Part shown: piece after piece, positions 54,750 to 64,000 of the stretch
Layout of the letters: each line of letters begins with the position of its first letter
Numbering within the stretch: position 1 is the stretch's first letter
Source: Candidatus Segetimicrobium genomatis
GTDB taxonomy: Bacteria; Sysuimicrobiota; Sysuimicrobiia; Sysuimicrobiales; Segetimicrobiaceae
Direction: 5' to 3'
NCBI GenBank assembly: GCA_005882275.1
Contig: VBAK01000118.1
Location: 16,881-80,880 of the forward strand
DNA: 64,000 bases
Position numbers and translations under genes: made by a program
The notes under the pieces: generated by a model
Database searches by the model: none
Told to the model about the DNA's origin: nothing
The model's input: only the letters and a program-made list of their open reading frames with translations

Positions 54750-55592
54750 CTATTCCTTTCGCGGGCGTTCCGGAGAATCCTCCCCCTCCGGCCCCGCCCC
54801 CTCCCCCTCCATCCGCGTGACCCGCTGGATGCCCCGGGCGCGGCCGGTCCGCTCGTCCACGTCGAGGAGGACGGCGTTCAACTGCGCGGGTCCCACGGCC
54901 ACGCTGAACCGCGCCGGCAGCTGGGCGAGGAACCGCTGCAGCACCTCCTCGCGGCCCATCCCGATGATCGAGTCCCGCGGCCCGGTCATGCCGGCGTCCG
55001 TGATGAACGCGGTGCCGCCCGGAAGGATGCGCTCATCGGCCGTCTGGACGTGTGTGTGCGTCCCCACCACCGCGGAGACCCGTCCGTCGAGATACCAGCC
55101 CAGGGCCGTCTTCTCGGAGGTCGCCTCGGCGTGCATGTCGATGACGAGCACGGGCGTCTCCTGCCGCAGGCGCTCCACCAGCTCCCGGCCGATGCGAAAG
55201 GGCGAGTCGAGGGGCTCCATGAAGATCCGGCCTTCCAAGTTCACCACCCCCACCGCGGCGCCCCCCCGCCCGCCCGAGGGACGGAAGACGCCCGCCCCCC
55301 GGCCCGGGGCGCCTGCCGGGTAGTTCGCGGGCCTCAACAGCCGCAGCTCGCCGTCGAGCAGCGTGGAGACCTCCCGAGCCTGCCAGGTGTGGTTGCCCCC
55401 GGTCACCACGTCGACGCCGGCGGCCACGATCTCCTCGAACGTCTCCCGGGTGATCCCGAACCCGCCCGCGGAGTTCTCCCCGTTGGCGATCGTGAAGTCG
55501 ACCGACAGCTCCCGGCGCAGGCCGGGCAGCATCCGGGCCAGGACCCGTCGTCCTGGCCTGCCCACGATGTCGCCGATGAACAGCACCTTCAC
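54750..55592 (-). CDS. ymdB: YmdB-family metallophosphoesterase (TIGR00282; 2',3'-cyclic-nucleotide phosphodiesterase-like)
   Basis: MKVLFIGDIVGRPGRR, NGENSAGGFGIT, GNHTW and VVGTHTHVQTAD motifs. Confidence 0.93.
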   Translation of the reverse strand: MKVLFIGDIVGRPGRRVLARMLPGLRRELSVDFTIANGENSAGGFGITRETFEEIVAAGVDVVTGGNHTWQAREVSTLLDGELRLLRPANYPAGAPGRGAGVFRPSGGRGGAAVGVVNLEGRIFMEPLDSPFRIGRELVERLRQETPVLVIDMHAEATSEKTALGWYLDGRVSAVVGTHTHVQTADERILPGGTAFITDAGMTGPRDSIIGMGREEVLQRFLAQLPARFSVAVGPAQLNAVLLDVDERTGRARGIQRVTRMEGEGAGPEGEDSPERPRKE

Positions 55593-55606
55593 GCCGGGCC
55601 GCCGTT

Positions 55607-57166
55607 CTATTTCGCGTACTCGATCGCGCGCGTCTCCCGCAGCACCGTCACCTTGATCTGCCCGGGATATTGCAGTTCCTCTTCGATCTTCTTGGCCATC
55701 TCGCGCGCCATGGTCATCGCGCTGGCGTCATCGATCTCCTGCGGCTTGACCAGCACGCGGATTTCGCGGCCGGCCTGAATCGCGTACGCCTTGTCCACCC
55801 CCGTAAACGACGTGGCGATGCGCTCCAGGTTCTCGAGCCGCTTCACGTACATTTCAACGGTTTCCTTGCGGGCCCCGGGGCGCGAGGCCGAGATCGCGTC
55901 CGCCGCCGCCACCAGGATCGACTCCACCCCCGCCGCTTCGGCGTCTCCGTGGTGATAGGCGATGGCGTTGAGCACCTGCGGCGGCTCGTGGTAGCGCCGC
56001 GCGATGTCCATGCCGAGGTCGCTGTGGGTGCCTTCGGCCTCGTGGGTGAGCGCCTTCCCGATGTCGTGCAGCAGCCCGGCCCGGCGCGCCAGCTCCGGAT
56101 CGGCGCCGAGCTGCGTCGCCATCAACCCCGCCAGCAGGGCCACCTCGATGGAATGCTGCAGCAGGTTCTGCCCGTAGCTGAACCGGAAGTTGAGCCGCCC
56201 CATGAGCTTCAACTCCTCGGGATGCAGGCCGTGAACGCCGGCCTCGAACGCCGCCCGATCGCCGGCCTCGCGGATCCGGGTATCGATATCCCGCTGCGCC
56301 TTTTCCACCATCTCTTCGATCCGCGCCGGGTGGATCCGGCCGTCGGCCAGGAGCTTCTCCAGCGTCATCTTCGCGACTTCACGGCGAATGGGATCGAACG
56401 AGGAAATCGTGACCGACTCCGGGGTATCGTCGATGATCAGATCGACCCCGGTGAGGCTCTCGAGGGACCGGATGTTGCGGCCTTCCCGGCCGATGATCCG
56501 CCCCTTCATCTCGTCGTTGGGCAGGGGGACCACCGACACGGTCACTTCCGCCGTATGATCGGCGGCGCACCGCTGAATCGCCAGGGCGACGATCTCCCTG
56601 GCCGAACGCTCGGCGGTCTCCCGGGCTTCCGCTTCGATCTTCTTGCCGATCTGCGCCGCCTCGTGCCGGATCTCGATTTCGGTCTTCTGGAGCAGTTCCT
56701 GACGCGCCTGCTCCAGGGTCAGGCCGGCGACGCGTTCAAGCTCGACGCGCTCGCGCTGCGATGCCTCCTCCAACTCCTCCCTAGCCTTGGTGACCTCCTG
56801 CTCCCGCTGCGCAAGGGCCTGTTCCCGTTTCTCGCCTGCCTCGACCTTCCGGTCCAGGGCCTCCTCACGCTGAATCAACCGCCGTTCGAGCCGCTGCAGC
56901 TCCGCGCGCTGCTCCCGAACCTCCCGTTCGGCGTCCCGCTTGATCCGGAACGCCTCGTCTCTGGCCTCCAGGAGCGCTTCGCGCTTCTTATTGTCCGCCT
57001 CCCGTTCCGCCGCCACCGCGGCGGCTTCGATGATGCGCTTCGCAGCGACCTCGGCCGTTCCAATCTTCGCCTCACCGGCGAACTTTCGCAGAAGGTATCC
57101 AAGGAGGAAGGCTACCAGCCCGATGACGCCCGCACCAAGGAGCAGAACGGGGTTCATGGGTGTCAC
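55607..57166 (-). CDS. rny: ribonuclease Y
   Basis: N-terminal TM segment, coiled coil, KH domain ([12 protein letters not shown]), and HD domain (HSIEVA...LLHDIGK). Confidence 0.97.
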   Translation of the reverse strand: MTPMNPVLLLGAGVIGLVAFLLGYLLRKFAGEAKIGTAEVAAKRIIEAAAVAAEREADNKKREALLEARDEAFRIKRDAEREVREQRAELQRLERRLIQREEALDRKVEAGEKREQALAQREQEVTKAREELEEASQRERVELERVAGLTLEQARQELLQKTEIEIRHEAAQIGKKIEAEARETAERSAREIVALAIQRCAADHTAEVTVSVVPLPNDEMKGRIIGREGRNIRSLESLTGVDLIIDDTPESVTISSFDPIRREVAKMTLEKLLADGRIHPARIEEMVEKAQRDIDTRIREAGDRAAFEAGVHGLHPEELKLMGRLNFRFSYGQNLLQHSIEVALLAGLMATQLGADPELARRAGLLHDIGKALTHEAEGTHSDLGMDIARRYHEPPQVLNAIAYHHGDAEAAGVESILVAAADAISASRPGARKETVEMYVKRLENLERIATSFTGVDKAYAIQAGREIRVLVKPQEIDDASAMTMAREMAKKIEEELQYPGQIKVTVLRETRAIEYAK

Positions 57167-57292
57167 CCCCTCCGTATAAAGATAACCGCGTATCGTTCCC
57201 CCTAGACTGTCAAACCCTCCTGCTCTCCCCGGCCGGTGCCACGGGCCCGGCCGGATGTAATGTGAATTTTGGCTTTCAATCCCCTTCGCTTC

Positions 57293-57321
57293 ATTCTATC
57301 GTGACCTGAAAATGCGGTCAA
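57293..57321 (-). promoter_or_regulatory. putative rny promoter
   Basis: On the minus strand: TTGACC (57321-57316), 17-nt spacer, TAGAAT (57298-57293). It sits in a local AT-rich patch about 125 nt upstream of rny. Confidence 0.55.
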
Positions 57322-57489
57322 GGAAAGCCCTTCGGGGACTTCGGGAGCATCCGGAGAGGTCCCCGCGGGCCGGCGGCGCCGCCGGGGGCCGGGCCGGCGC
57401 CTGAGGACCCAGCCCGGGGGGTGAGCAGGCCCGGGCCCCGTGCTATACTGCAAAGTGCCCGCGTGACGGCGCAAGACACGGAGCGGTGG

Positions 57490-58179
57490 ATGGAGACCGG
57501 CGCACAGGACACGACTCGGGAATCCAGGGACCCCGGGCGACGCCGACGCCGGACCCGCTGGATCCTGGTGTCGATCGGTGCCGCGGCGGCCGCCGGGATC
57601 GCGGCCGCCGCGGTCTGGATGCATGTCTCCGCCCCAACACTCCAGGGGGCCGTCGTCACCCCGCCCGCGCCCGTCTCCGACTTCACCCTGCTCGATCAGG
57701 ATCGCCGCCCGATCCGCCTCTCCCAATTTCGCGGCAGGGCGGTCGCGCTGACCTTCCTGTATACCCACTGCCCCGACGTCTGCCCCCTGATCGCCACCAG
57801 GATGCACGAGGCCTATCTCCAACTCGGGAACGCCGCCGGCCGCGCGGCGTTCATCGCCGTGAGCGTGGATCCCGCGGGCGACACGCCGGGCGCGGTCCGG
57901 GAGTTCCTGGCGATCCACCACCTGGAGCGAGAGCTGCACTACCTCTCGGGGTCCTTCGCGGAGCTGCGCCCGGTGTGGGCCAACTACTACGTCGGGACCG
58001 ACGCCCGGGGCGCCGCCCCTCGCGCCGCGGGAGGTCCGGCCGGGGCCCCGGTCGACCACACGGCGATCGTGTACGTCATCGATCCCCGCGGCCGGCTGCG
58101 GGTGTTCCTGCCCGGGAATTTCGAGTCCAGGGACCTCGCCCTCGACCTCAAGATCCTCGCGTCGGACGCCGCGCGCTAA
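57490..58179 (+). CDS. SCO1/SenC family thioredoxin-fold copper chaperone
   Basis: TM anchor followed by FTLLDQDRRPIRLSQFRGRAVALTFLYTHCPDVCP (CxxxC) and DHTAIVYVID. The ATG at 57490 follows GGAG. An extended -10 TGCTATACT lies at 57441-57449. Confidence 0.85.
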   Translation: METGAQDTTRESRDPGRRRRRTRWILVSIGAAAAAGIAAAAVWMHVSAPTLQGAVVTPPAPVSDFTLLDQDRRPIRLSQFRGRAVALTFLYTHCPDVCPLIATRMHEAYLQLGNAAGRAAFIAVSVDPAGDTPGAVREFLAIHHLERELHYLSGSFAELRPVWANYYVGTDARGAAPRAAGGPAGAPVDHTAIVYVIDPRGRLRVFLPGNFESRDLALDLKILASDAAR

Positions 58180-58322
58180 CCGAGCCGGGAGCGCGTCCGG
58201 GAATCCACCCGGAAGGCCGGGATCCCCCCGGGGCGCTTCCTTGGTCTGAGGACTCGCCGCTGCGGGCAGTAACAGATAACGCCGGTTGGAGGGTCGCTGA
58301 CCGACCACGAGAGGGATGACGC

Positions 58323-60824
58323 GTGCCGGACGCTGCCGTCACTGCCACAGGTCGAACCTACGCGGGGCTCTTCCTCGTCACCCTCGCCACGCTGATGTAC
58401 GAAGTCCTGCTCACGCGGATCTTCAGCGTGACCATGTGGTACCATTACGCGTTCATGGCGATCTCGGTGGCCCTGTTCGGGATGACCGTGGGCGCGATCC
58501 TCGTCTACCTGTTCCCTGCCCGCTTCCCCCGCGAGGGCGCGAAACGACAGCTGGCGTGCAGCGCGTTGCTGTTCGCGGCGGCCATTGTGGCCAGCTTCGC
58601 CGTGCATGTGGCCATTCCGGCGCGCGGCGGCCCGTTTGCGCTCACCGGCCTGCTCATCCCGACCTACATCGCGACATCGGTGCCCTTCACCCTCAGCGGG
58701 ATCTGCGTCTCGCTGGCGTTGACGCGATTTCCCAGGCACGTGAGCACGCTCTATGCGGCCGACCTGGCGGGAGCGGCGACCGGGTGCTTCCTCCTGATCG
58801 GCGTGCTCGACGCCACCGACGGGCCGACGGCGGTGATCGTCACCGCGGCCCTGGCGGCCTTCGGGGCAGCCGTCTTCGCGGCCGAGACAGGCTCCGCCGG
58901 GCTGCGGCGGGCGACCCTGGCCGTCATGGTCATCCTCGCCCTCTTCGCGGGCGCCAACAGCATCCTGGCAGCCCACCGGTCGGCAATCCTGCGATTGACC
59001 TGGGTGAAGGGCGGTCGGGATCATCCGGCGCTCTACGAGAAGTGGAATTCGTTCTCGCGTGTCACGGTCACCGGGGCGCCGCCGGGCGTTCAGGGCTGGG
59101 GCCTGAGCACCGCGCTGCCCCCCGGCCGCAAGATCCGTCAGCTCGCCATGTGGATCGACAGCAGCGCCTTTACGATCATCACCGCCTTCGACGGGAACCT
59201 GGGGCCGCTGGGGTACCTGAAGTACGACGTCACGAACATCGCGCACTACATCCGGCGGGATGCGAAGGTCCTGGTGGTCGGCGCGGGCGGGGGGCGGGAC
59301 ATCCTCTCCGCGCTGGTCTTCGGGCAGAAGTCGGTTGTCGCGCTGGAGCTCAACAAGAGCATCCTCGACGCCCTCACCCGGCGGTTCGGGAAGTTTTCCG
59401 GCCACCTCGATCGAAACCCGCGCGTCACCCTCGTCAACGATGAGGCCCGAAGCTACATCGCCAGGAACCGAACGCGGTACGACATCATCCAGCTGTCGCT
59501 CGTCGATACGGCGGCCGCCACCGCCGCCGGCGCCTATGTGCTGGCCGAGAACTCGCTGTACACGGTGGAGGCGTGGACGCTCTTCCTGGAACGACTCAAT
59601 CCCGGAGGCGTGCTGACGGTCACCCGATGGTTCGTCGGGACGCGGCCCGGCGAAATGTACCGGGTGACGGCGCTGGCCGCCGCCGCCCTCAACCGCCTCG
59701 GCGTCGCGCATCCCCGGGACCATCTCGTCATTGTAAAGGCGGCGGCCCCCTTCAGGCTCGGAGGGATTCCCTTCGCTGCGGCGACGATCCTGGTCGGCAA
59801 GGCGCCGTTCTCGGAGAGGGATCTCGCCACGCTGACGGATGCGGCCCGCCGGATGCGGTTCGACCTGGCGCTGACTCCACGGACGGCATACGATGCCACC
59901 TTCGCGGCCCTGGCATCGGGGCGGAATCCCGATCAGGTCGCCGGGCCGCTCGGCGCGAATCTCGCGCCCCCGACGGATGACAGCCCGTTCTTTTTCAACA
60001 TGCTGCGGCTCAGGGACGCCTTCCATCGCCATCGCGTGCAGGGCATCGAGTACACCAATGCCGATGCGGTGTTCATCCTCGGGTCGCTGCTCCTCCTGGT
60101 CATCGCGCTCACACTGGCGTGCATCGTCGGTCCGCTCCTCCCGATGGCCCGCGAGACGCCGGGCGGCACCCCCCCATTGCTCGTCTACTTCGCGAGCATC
60201 GGGGTGGGGTTCATGATGATCGAGATCTCGCAAATGCAACGCCTCACCGTGTTTCTGGGCCATCCCACGTACAGCCTCTCGGCTGTGCTCTTCGCCCTGC
60301 TCGTCAGCAGCGGAGCCGGCAGCCTGTCCACCCAGGGGGTCCCGCCGGGGGCAACCCGCGCCACCGTGCTCCGGCTGGGCCTCCTCCTCGGCGCCCTGTG
60401 TGCCTTCGGCGTCCTGACCCCCTGGGCGCTCACGGTGTTCGGCGGGGCACCCACCCCCGAGCGCATTCTCGTGGCCGTCCTGCTCCTCTTCCCGATCGGC
60501 CTGTTCATGGGGATGGCATTCCCCCTCGGCATGAAAGCCGCCGCCGCCAGAAACGACGCCGCGACCCCCTGGCTGTGGGGCATCAACGGAGCGACGTCGA
60601 TTTGTGCGTCGGTGCTCGCCGTCGCCGTCGCCATGAGCGCAGGCATCTCCGCCGCGTACTGGAGCGGCGTGGTCTGCTATGGGATCGCGGCGGCCGCCTT
60701 TGCCCTGGCGTTCCGCACGGCCGGAGCCGGTCCTGAGCGCGGAATGGCCGGCTACGCGGGGCGGACCGGCGCCCCCCAGGTCGTCGAAGCGGCGGCCGGC
60801 ACCTCGTCGAGAACGATCAGGTGA
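58323..60824 (+). CDS. fused polytopic membrane / spermidine-synthase-like methyltransferase-fold protein
   Basis: N- and C-terminal multi-TM blocks flank VLVVGAGGGRDILSAL...ELNKSI...DIIQLSLVD (AdoMet-MTase/spermidine-synthase fold). GTG start. Confidence 0.8.
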   Translation: MPDAAVTATGRTYAGLFLVTLATLMYEVLLTRIFSVTMWYHYAFMAISVALFGMTVGAILVYLFPARFPREGAKRQLACSALLFAAAIVASFAVHVAIPARGGPFALTGLLIPTYIATSVPFTLSGICVSLALTRFPRHVSTLYAADLAGAATGCFLLIGVLDATDGPTAVIVTAALAAFGAAVFAAETGSAGLRRATLAVMVILALFAGANSILAAHRSAILRLTWVKGGRDHPALYEKWNSFSRVTVTGAPPGVQGWGLSTALPPGRKIRQLAMWIDSSAFTIITAFDGNLGPLGYLKYDVTNIAHYIRRDAKVLVVGAGGGRDILSALVFGQKSVVALELNKSILDALTRRFGKFSGHLDRNPRVTLVNDEARSYIARNRTRYDIIQLSLVDTAAATAAGAYVLAENSLYTVEAWTLFLERLNPGGVLTVTRWFVGTRPGEMYRVTALAAAALNRLGVAHPRDHLVIVKAAAPFRLGGIPFAAATILVGKAPFSERDLATLTDAARRMRFDLALTPRTAYDATFAALASGRNPDQVAGPLGANLAPPTDDSPFFFNMLRLRDAFHRHRVQGIEYTNADAVFILGSLLLLVIALTLACIVGPLLPMARETPGGTPPLLVYFASIGVGFMMIEISQMQRLTVFLGHPTYSLSAVLFALLVSSGAGSLSTQGVPPGATRATVLRLGLLLGALCAFGVLTPWALTVFGGAPTPERILVAVLLLFPIGLFMGMAFPLGMKAAAARNDAATPWLWGINGATSICASVLAVAVAMSAGISAAYWSGVVCYGIAAAAFALAFRTAGAGPERGMAGYAGRTGAPQVVEAAAGTSSRTIR

Positions 60825-62902
60825 TCGGCGTACCGATCGTACTCGCCCCGGCAGGTCAATAGGAAGATCTGACGATCCCGTCCCAACGCCCTGAGCAGGC
60901 CCATCGCAGCGGCCGCGCGTCCTTCATCGTAGGCGAGGAACGGGTCGTCGAGGAACAGGGGCGGACGGCACCCGTGGCAGAGCAGATCCACCAGACCCAG
61001 CCGGAGCGCCAGATAACACTGGTCGACCCCGCCGCTGCCGATCTGCCGGTTCTCCACTTCCGCCCAATCCTTGGGAGGCCCCACCCAGACGCGCGGGGCC
61101 AGCGTCTGTTCATCGACCGTGAGCCGGTCGTAGGCGCCGCCCGAGAGCGCCCGAAGGTAGCCGCCGGCGAGTTCCTCCAGCCTCACGCGTCCCGGCACGA
61201 TCGTGTGGCGGTACGCTTCACCGAGGATCTCGCGCGTGAGCCTGAGGACCTCGATCTGCCGCTGCGCCCGGGCGCAGCGGGCCCGGGTCTCCTCCAGCTC
61301 CTCTTCGATGCGCCCCAACTCCTCGTACGGCGACCGGCCGCTCAGCCGGCCCTCGAGCCGCTGGAGTTCCCCCTGCGCCAGCGAGAGCTCCTTCTTGCGC
61401 TTCTCCGATTCGGTCTGAAGACGCTGGACGGCCGCGGCATCGAGCCGCCTGAGGGCGAGATCGGGATCATCCCGCTGCGCCCGGGCCGCTTCGAGGTCCA
61501 GGAGCGCGCGCTGGTATTCCTCCGCGATCGCGGCGCCGGAGCGGCCCCCCAAAATCCCTTCCAGGACCATCCGCGCCGTCTCGCGTCTGCGCACGGCCTC
61601 CGCGTAGCGCGCGGCCTTTCGTCGGGCCTCGTCGAGGGACGCCGCGCCCAGGGCGGCGGTCAGCCGCCGCACCTCCTCGGCCGCCGCGTCGAGGAGGCGG
61701 AGGCGCTCCGCCGCGTGCTCTTCCCGGTCCCGCAGGCGATCCGCCCTGAGCCTCGCCGCGCGACGGCCGCGCCCGCGCAGGACGAGGGCCGCCCCCGCGA
61801 AGCCCGCCGCGGCGATCAGGGCCGCGGCGCCCCAGGGGATCTTGTGGATCCCCATCAGCAACGCGCCGAGGAGGCCGCAGACGATCGCCGCGAGCGCGAG
61901 CCCGCCTGAGGCGGCAGTCGGCGGGGGGCCGCCGCTCCCGTCCCCCGCGTCCGGTTCGGCCTCCGCAGCGCCGGGAGCCGTCGTGAGCATTCGAACGCGC
62001 ACCTCCGCTTCCTGGAGGCGCGCGAGCGTCTCGGGATCCGGAGGAGATGCCAGCGCGGGATCGGCCTCCGCGGCCCCCACCGCCCCCACCGCGCCCTCGA
62101 TCCGGCCGGCGGAGGCTTTCAGCTGTTCCGCGCGGGCGCCGAGCTCCGCCACGCGGCCATCCAGCGCATAGAGGCGGCGGTTGGCCTCGAGCAGCGCCTC
62201 ATCGTCCCGGACCTGCTGCTCCAGTTCGGCGATCCGGGACGCGAGGCGGCCGCGCTGGGCCGCCGCCTGCTCGATCGCGGCCACTTCGCCTGCCAGCCGC
62301 TGCTGCTCGGTGGTGAGGAACGCGATCCGATCGCTGTCACGCTTGAGCGGGCCCGCGTTCCTGGCCGGGTGGTGGAGCCCCACTTCCATCCGCCGCAGGT
62401 ATTTGTCCAGGGTATCGAGCACCCGGTTCGCGTCGCTGTCGCCTCCCGTGATGATCCGGGCCAGGCGGGTCCCGATCTCCTCTTTCTCCTCCTGAACCCG
62501 GGCCAGGTCCCACTGGCCGATGTGGACGGTCGCGCGGAACAGGCTGGCGCTCGTCAGCCCGAGCACCTCGCCGACCCGGCGCTCCACCTCCTTCGGCGCA
62601 TCCCACTGCTCCTCGCCGCACCGGAGCAGGACCTTGCGCGACCGGAAGTCCTTGTGCAGCCGGTAGGTCCGCCCGTCCGCGTCGAACTCCATGGTGATCT
62701 CCCCCGGCCGCTCTTCGCCCCACTGGGCGAACGAGTGCGCCGCGGACGGCTTGACCGGGAACAAGACCACCGCGAACGCCAGGTGGAGGGTCGATTTCCC
62801 GGCGTCGTTCCTCCCGCGGATGACATTGAGCCCCGGGCCGCACTCCAGCACCTGGTCCACGAACTTCCGGAACCCGCGGACGTGCACGCGGCGGATGATC
62901 AC
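60752..62902 (-). CDS. YhaN/SbcC-like AAA ATPase with central TM hairpin
   Basis: Walker A GRNDAGKST, long coiled coils, a hydrophobic pair GGLALAAIVCGLLGALLMG / AAALIAAAGFAGAALVL, and C-terminal GSGGVDQ...LFLDDPF. The GTG at 62902 overlaps the upstream stop (GTGA). Confidence 0.8.
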   Translation of the reverse strand: MIIRRVHVRGFRKFVDQVLECGPGLNVIRGRNDAGKSTLHLAFAVVLFPVKPSAAHSFAQWGEERPGEITMEFDADGRTYRLHKDFRSRKVLLRCGEEQWDAPKEVERRVGEVLGLTSASLFRATVHIGQWDLARVQEEKEEIGTRLARIITGGDSDANRVLDTLDKYLRRMEVGLHHPARNAGPLKRDSDRIAFLTTEQQRLAGEVAAIEQAAAQRGRLASRIAELEQQVRDDEALLEANRRLYALDGRVAELGARAEQLKASAGRIEGAVGAVGAAEADPALASPPDPETLARLQEAEVRVRMLTTAPGAAEAEPDAGDGSGGPPPTAASGGLALAAIVCGLLGALLMGIHKIPWGAAALIAAAGFAGAALVLRGRGRRAARLRADRLRDREEHAAERLRLLDAAAEEVRRLTAALGAASLDEARRKAARYAEAVRRRETARMVLEGILGGRSGAAIAEEYQRALLDLEAARAQRDDPDLALRRLDAAAVQRLQTESEKRKKELSLAQGELQRLEGRLSGRSPYEELGRIEEELEETRARCARAQRQIEVLRLTREILGEAYRHTIVPGRVRLEELAGGYLRALSGGAYDRLTVDEQTLAPRVWVGPPKDWAEVENRQIGSGGVDQCYLALRLGLVDLLCHGCRPPLFLDDPFLAYDEGRAAAAMGLLRALGRDRQIFLLTCRGEYDRYADHLIVLDEVPAAASTTWGAPVRPA

Positions 62903-64000
62903 GTGAGGACCTCCTTGCCCTCCAGAAGCGCGACTCCCCACTGCAGGGCGTCCTCGGCGATCGCGCGCGCCTCGCCTTCCCGGCCCGCGATCTGCTCCTG
63001 CATCGCCCGGACGAACCCCCCCAGCACGGTGCCTTCCGGGTAGAGCGAAGGGTCGACCGCGTCGAGCCGGAGGTGAGACTCGTCCCGGATCTCCAGCCGG
63101 AAGAACTCGGGCCCCAGATCCTCGCGGAGCCGCTCCACATTCACCCGGTCGGCCAGACCGACCAGCCCGCCGAGCGTCACCACGAGGGCGAGGGACGCAT
63201 CGGCGTGGCCGCGGATCGCCCGGGCGACCCCCTCGGCGCCGCCCGAACCGGCCAGATCCAGCGTGATGTGCCTGCCGCGCCGGCGGCCGACCGGGCGGCG
63301 GACGACCTCGATGTCTCCGGGGGCCCCGAGCGTCACCAGGCAGACGCTCCCGCAATCCGGCTCATCCAGGCCGATCATCTCCGGGGCCCCGCTGTACCAC
63401 GCCCTCACCCCTCCGCTCGAGACGTCCCGAGTCGAGTGCCAGTCGCCGAGCGCGAGGTAGTCCACCCCGCTCGCGGCGATCTCCTCAGGCGTGATGAGCC
63501 CAAACCGGGCCGGAAGGTCGGGGCGCTGGACGCTCCCATGGGCCAGCGCGACGAGAAAATGCGTCCGGCGGGGCACGGGCAGCCCGGTCAGGGGACTCTC
63601 CGCCGACAGCCGGTCCGCGACCGAGCGCCCCACCACCGTGAGGTCCAGCTCCGGGAATGCGCGGGTCTCCAGCGCCGGACCGAGCACGCTGAGGTGCGGG
63701 CACCGCGCGGTGAGATCCGCCCATACGGACGCGCTCCCCTCGCCGAGCGGGTCGTGGTTCCCGGCGATCAGAACCACGGGGATCCCGGCCTCTCCCAGCC
63801 GGCCCAACTGCTCGGCCGCGAACGGCGCCTGCACCCGCGCCGCCGCCACGGAGTCGAACAGGTCTCCGGCGATCAGCACGGCGTCCACCCGCTCCTCGAT
63901 CGCCAGGCCGGCGACCCGCGCAAAGGTCTCCCGCACCTGGCGGTGCTGCTCGCGGCCCCGCTCCCCCAGGACTTTGAACGTGGCCCCGAGGTGGACGTCC
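62899..64000 (-). CDS. SbcD/YhaO-like metallophosphoesterase (5' end off-window)
   Basis: DVHLGATF, VLIAGDLFD and IAGNHDP motifs. The frame stays open to the window edge. Confidence 0.85.
   Translation of the reverse strand, partial: DVHLGATFKVLGERGREQHRQVRETFARVAGLAIEERVDAVLIAGDLFDSVAAARVQAPFAAEQLGRLGEAGIPVVLIAGNHDPLGEGSASVWADLTARCPHLSVLGPALETRAFPELDLTVVGRSVADRLSAESPLTGLPVPRRTHFLVALAHGSVQRPDLPARFGLITPEEIAASGVDYLALGDWHSTRDVSSGGVRAWYSGAPEMIGLDEPDCGSVCLVTLGAPGDIEVVRRPVGRRRGRHITLDLAGSGGAEGVARAIRGHADASLALVVTLGGLVGLADRVNVERLREDLGPEFFRLEIRDESHLRLDAVDPSLYPEGTVLGGFVRAMQEQIAGREGEARAIAEDALQWGVALLEGKEVLT

Noticed and set aside
58176-60263. 695-aa minus-strand ORF
   Set aside because: It is antisense to the fused membrane/spermidine-synthase-like gene. 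It is Arg/Gly/Glu/Asp-rich with no TM or domain logic.

Overview
High-GC (about 70% by eye) bacterial chromosomal segment. It is gene-dense, with about 56 supportable CDS and one tRNA. I saw no rRNA, CRISPR array, IS element, integrase or prophage signature. Gene content (rny-ymdB-spoVS, a Cheo-type LexA box, a yhaO/yhaN-like pair, mutS-mutL, miaA/hflX) suggests, by inference only, a high-GC Firmicutes-like lineage of the Limnochordia/Thermaerobacter/Symbiobacterium type.

Layout:
- 1-4 kb: class-III aminotransferase, an unknown protein overlapping a MEMO1/AmmeMemoRadiSam-B homolog with an N-terminal extension, and an SDR.
- 4-15 kb: lexA with promoter and SOS box, GNAT, hflX, dapL-like, miaA, an orphan protein with an RNxxxH (HEPN-like) motif, and divergent mutS-mutL.
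- 14.6-15.7 kb: two small orphan genes.
- 15.9-20 kb: minus-strand MFS/gcdH/family-III CoA-transferase operon, preceded by a near-consensus promoter, a structured leader and an intrinsic terminator.
- 20-36 kb: transport and catabolic genes (two CUT1-type ABC systems, Asp/Glu-racemase-like, amidohydrolase, NAD dehydrogenase, a 792-aa secreted protein, a Liv-type ABC system).
- 36-44 kb: translationally coupled merR/MFP/RND/orphan ABC ATPase/MFS string plus DUF2848.
- 44-48 kb: F420/LLM oxidoreductase, an orphan ORF, and an OmpR-type two-component system.
- 48-57 kb: tRNA-Sec, an SGNH-like gene, then selB-selA joined to Zn-ribbon/PHP/spoVS/ymdB/rny.
- 57-64 kb: SCO protein, a fused membrane spermidine-synthase-like protein, and a YhaN/YhaO-like ATPase/nuclease pair.

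Most long ORFs in the six-frame track are high-GC antisense or off-frame artefacts and were rejected. I could not identify a clear-cut new multi-gene system. The best candidates for novelty are:
- the unassigned structured leader RNA at 19.6-20.0 kb
- the PqqD/RRE-like::MEMO fusion with its overlapped partner
- the RNxxxH protein with a poly-Arg tail
- the PHP gene whose catalytic HxH motif lies upstream of any canonical start codon, in frame with the spoVS stop
- the coupled RND/ABC-ATPase/MFS cluster

All homology statements come from reading the translations by eye. No database search was run.
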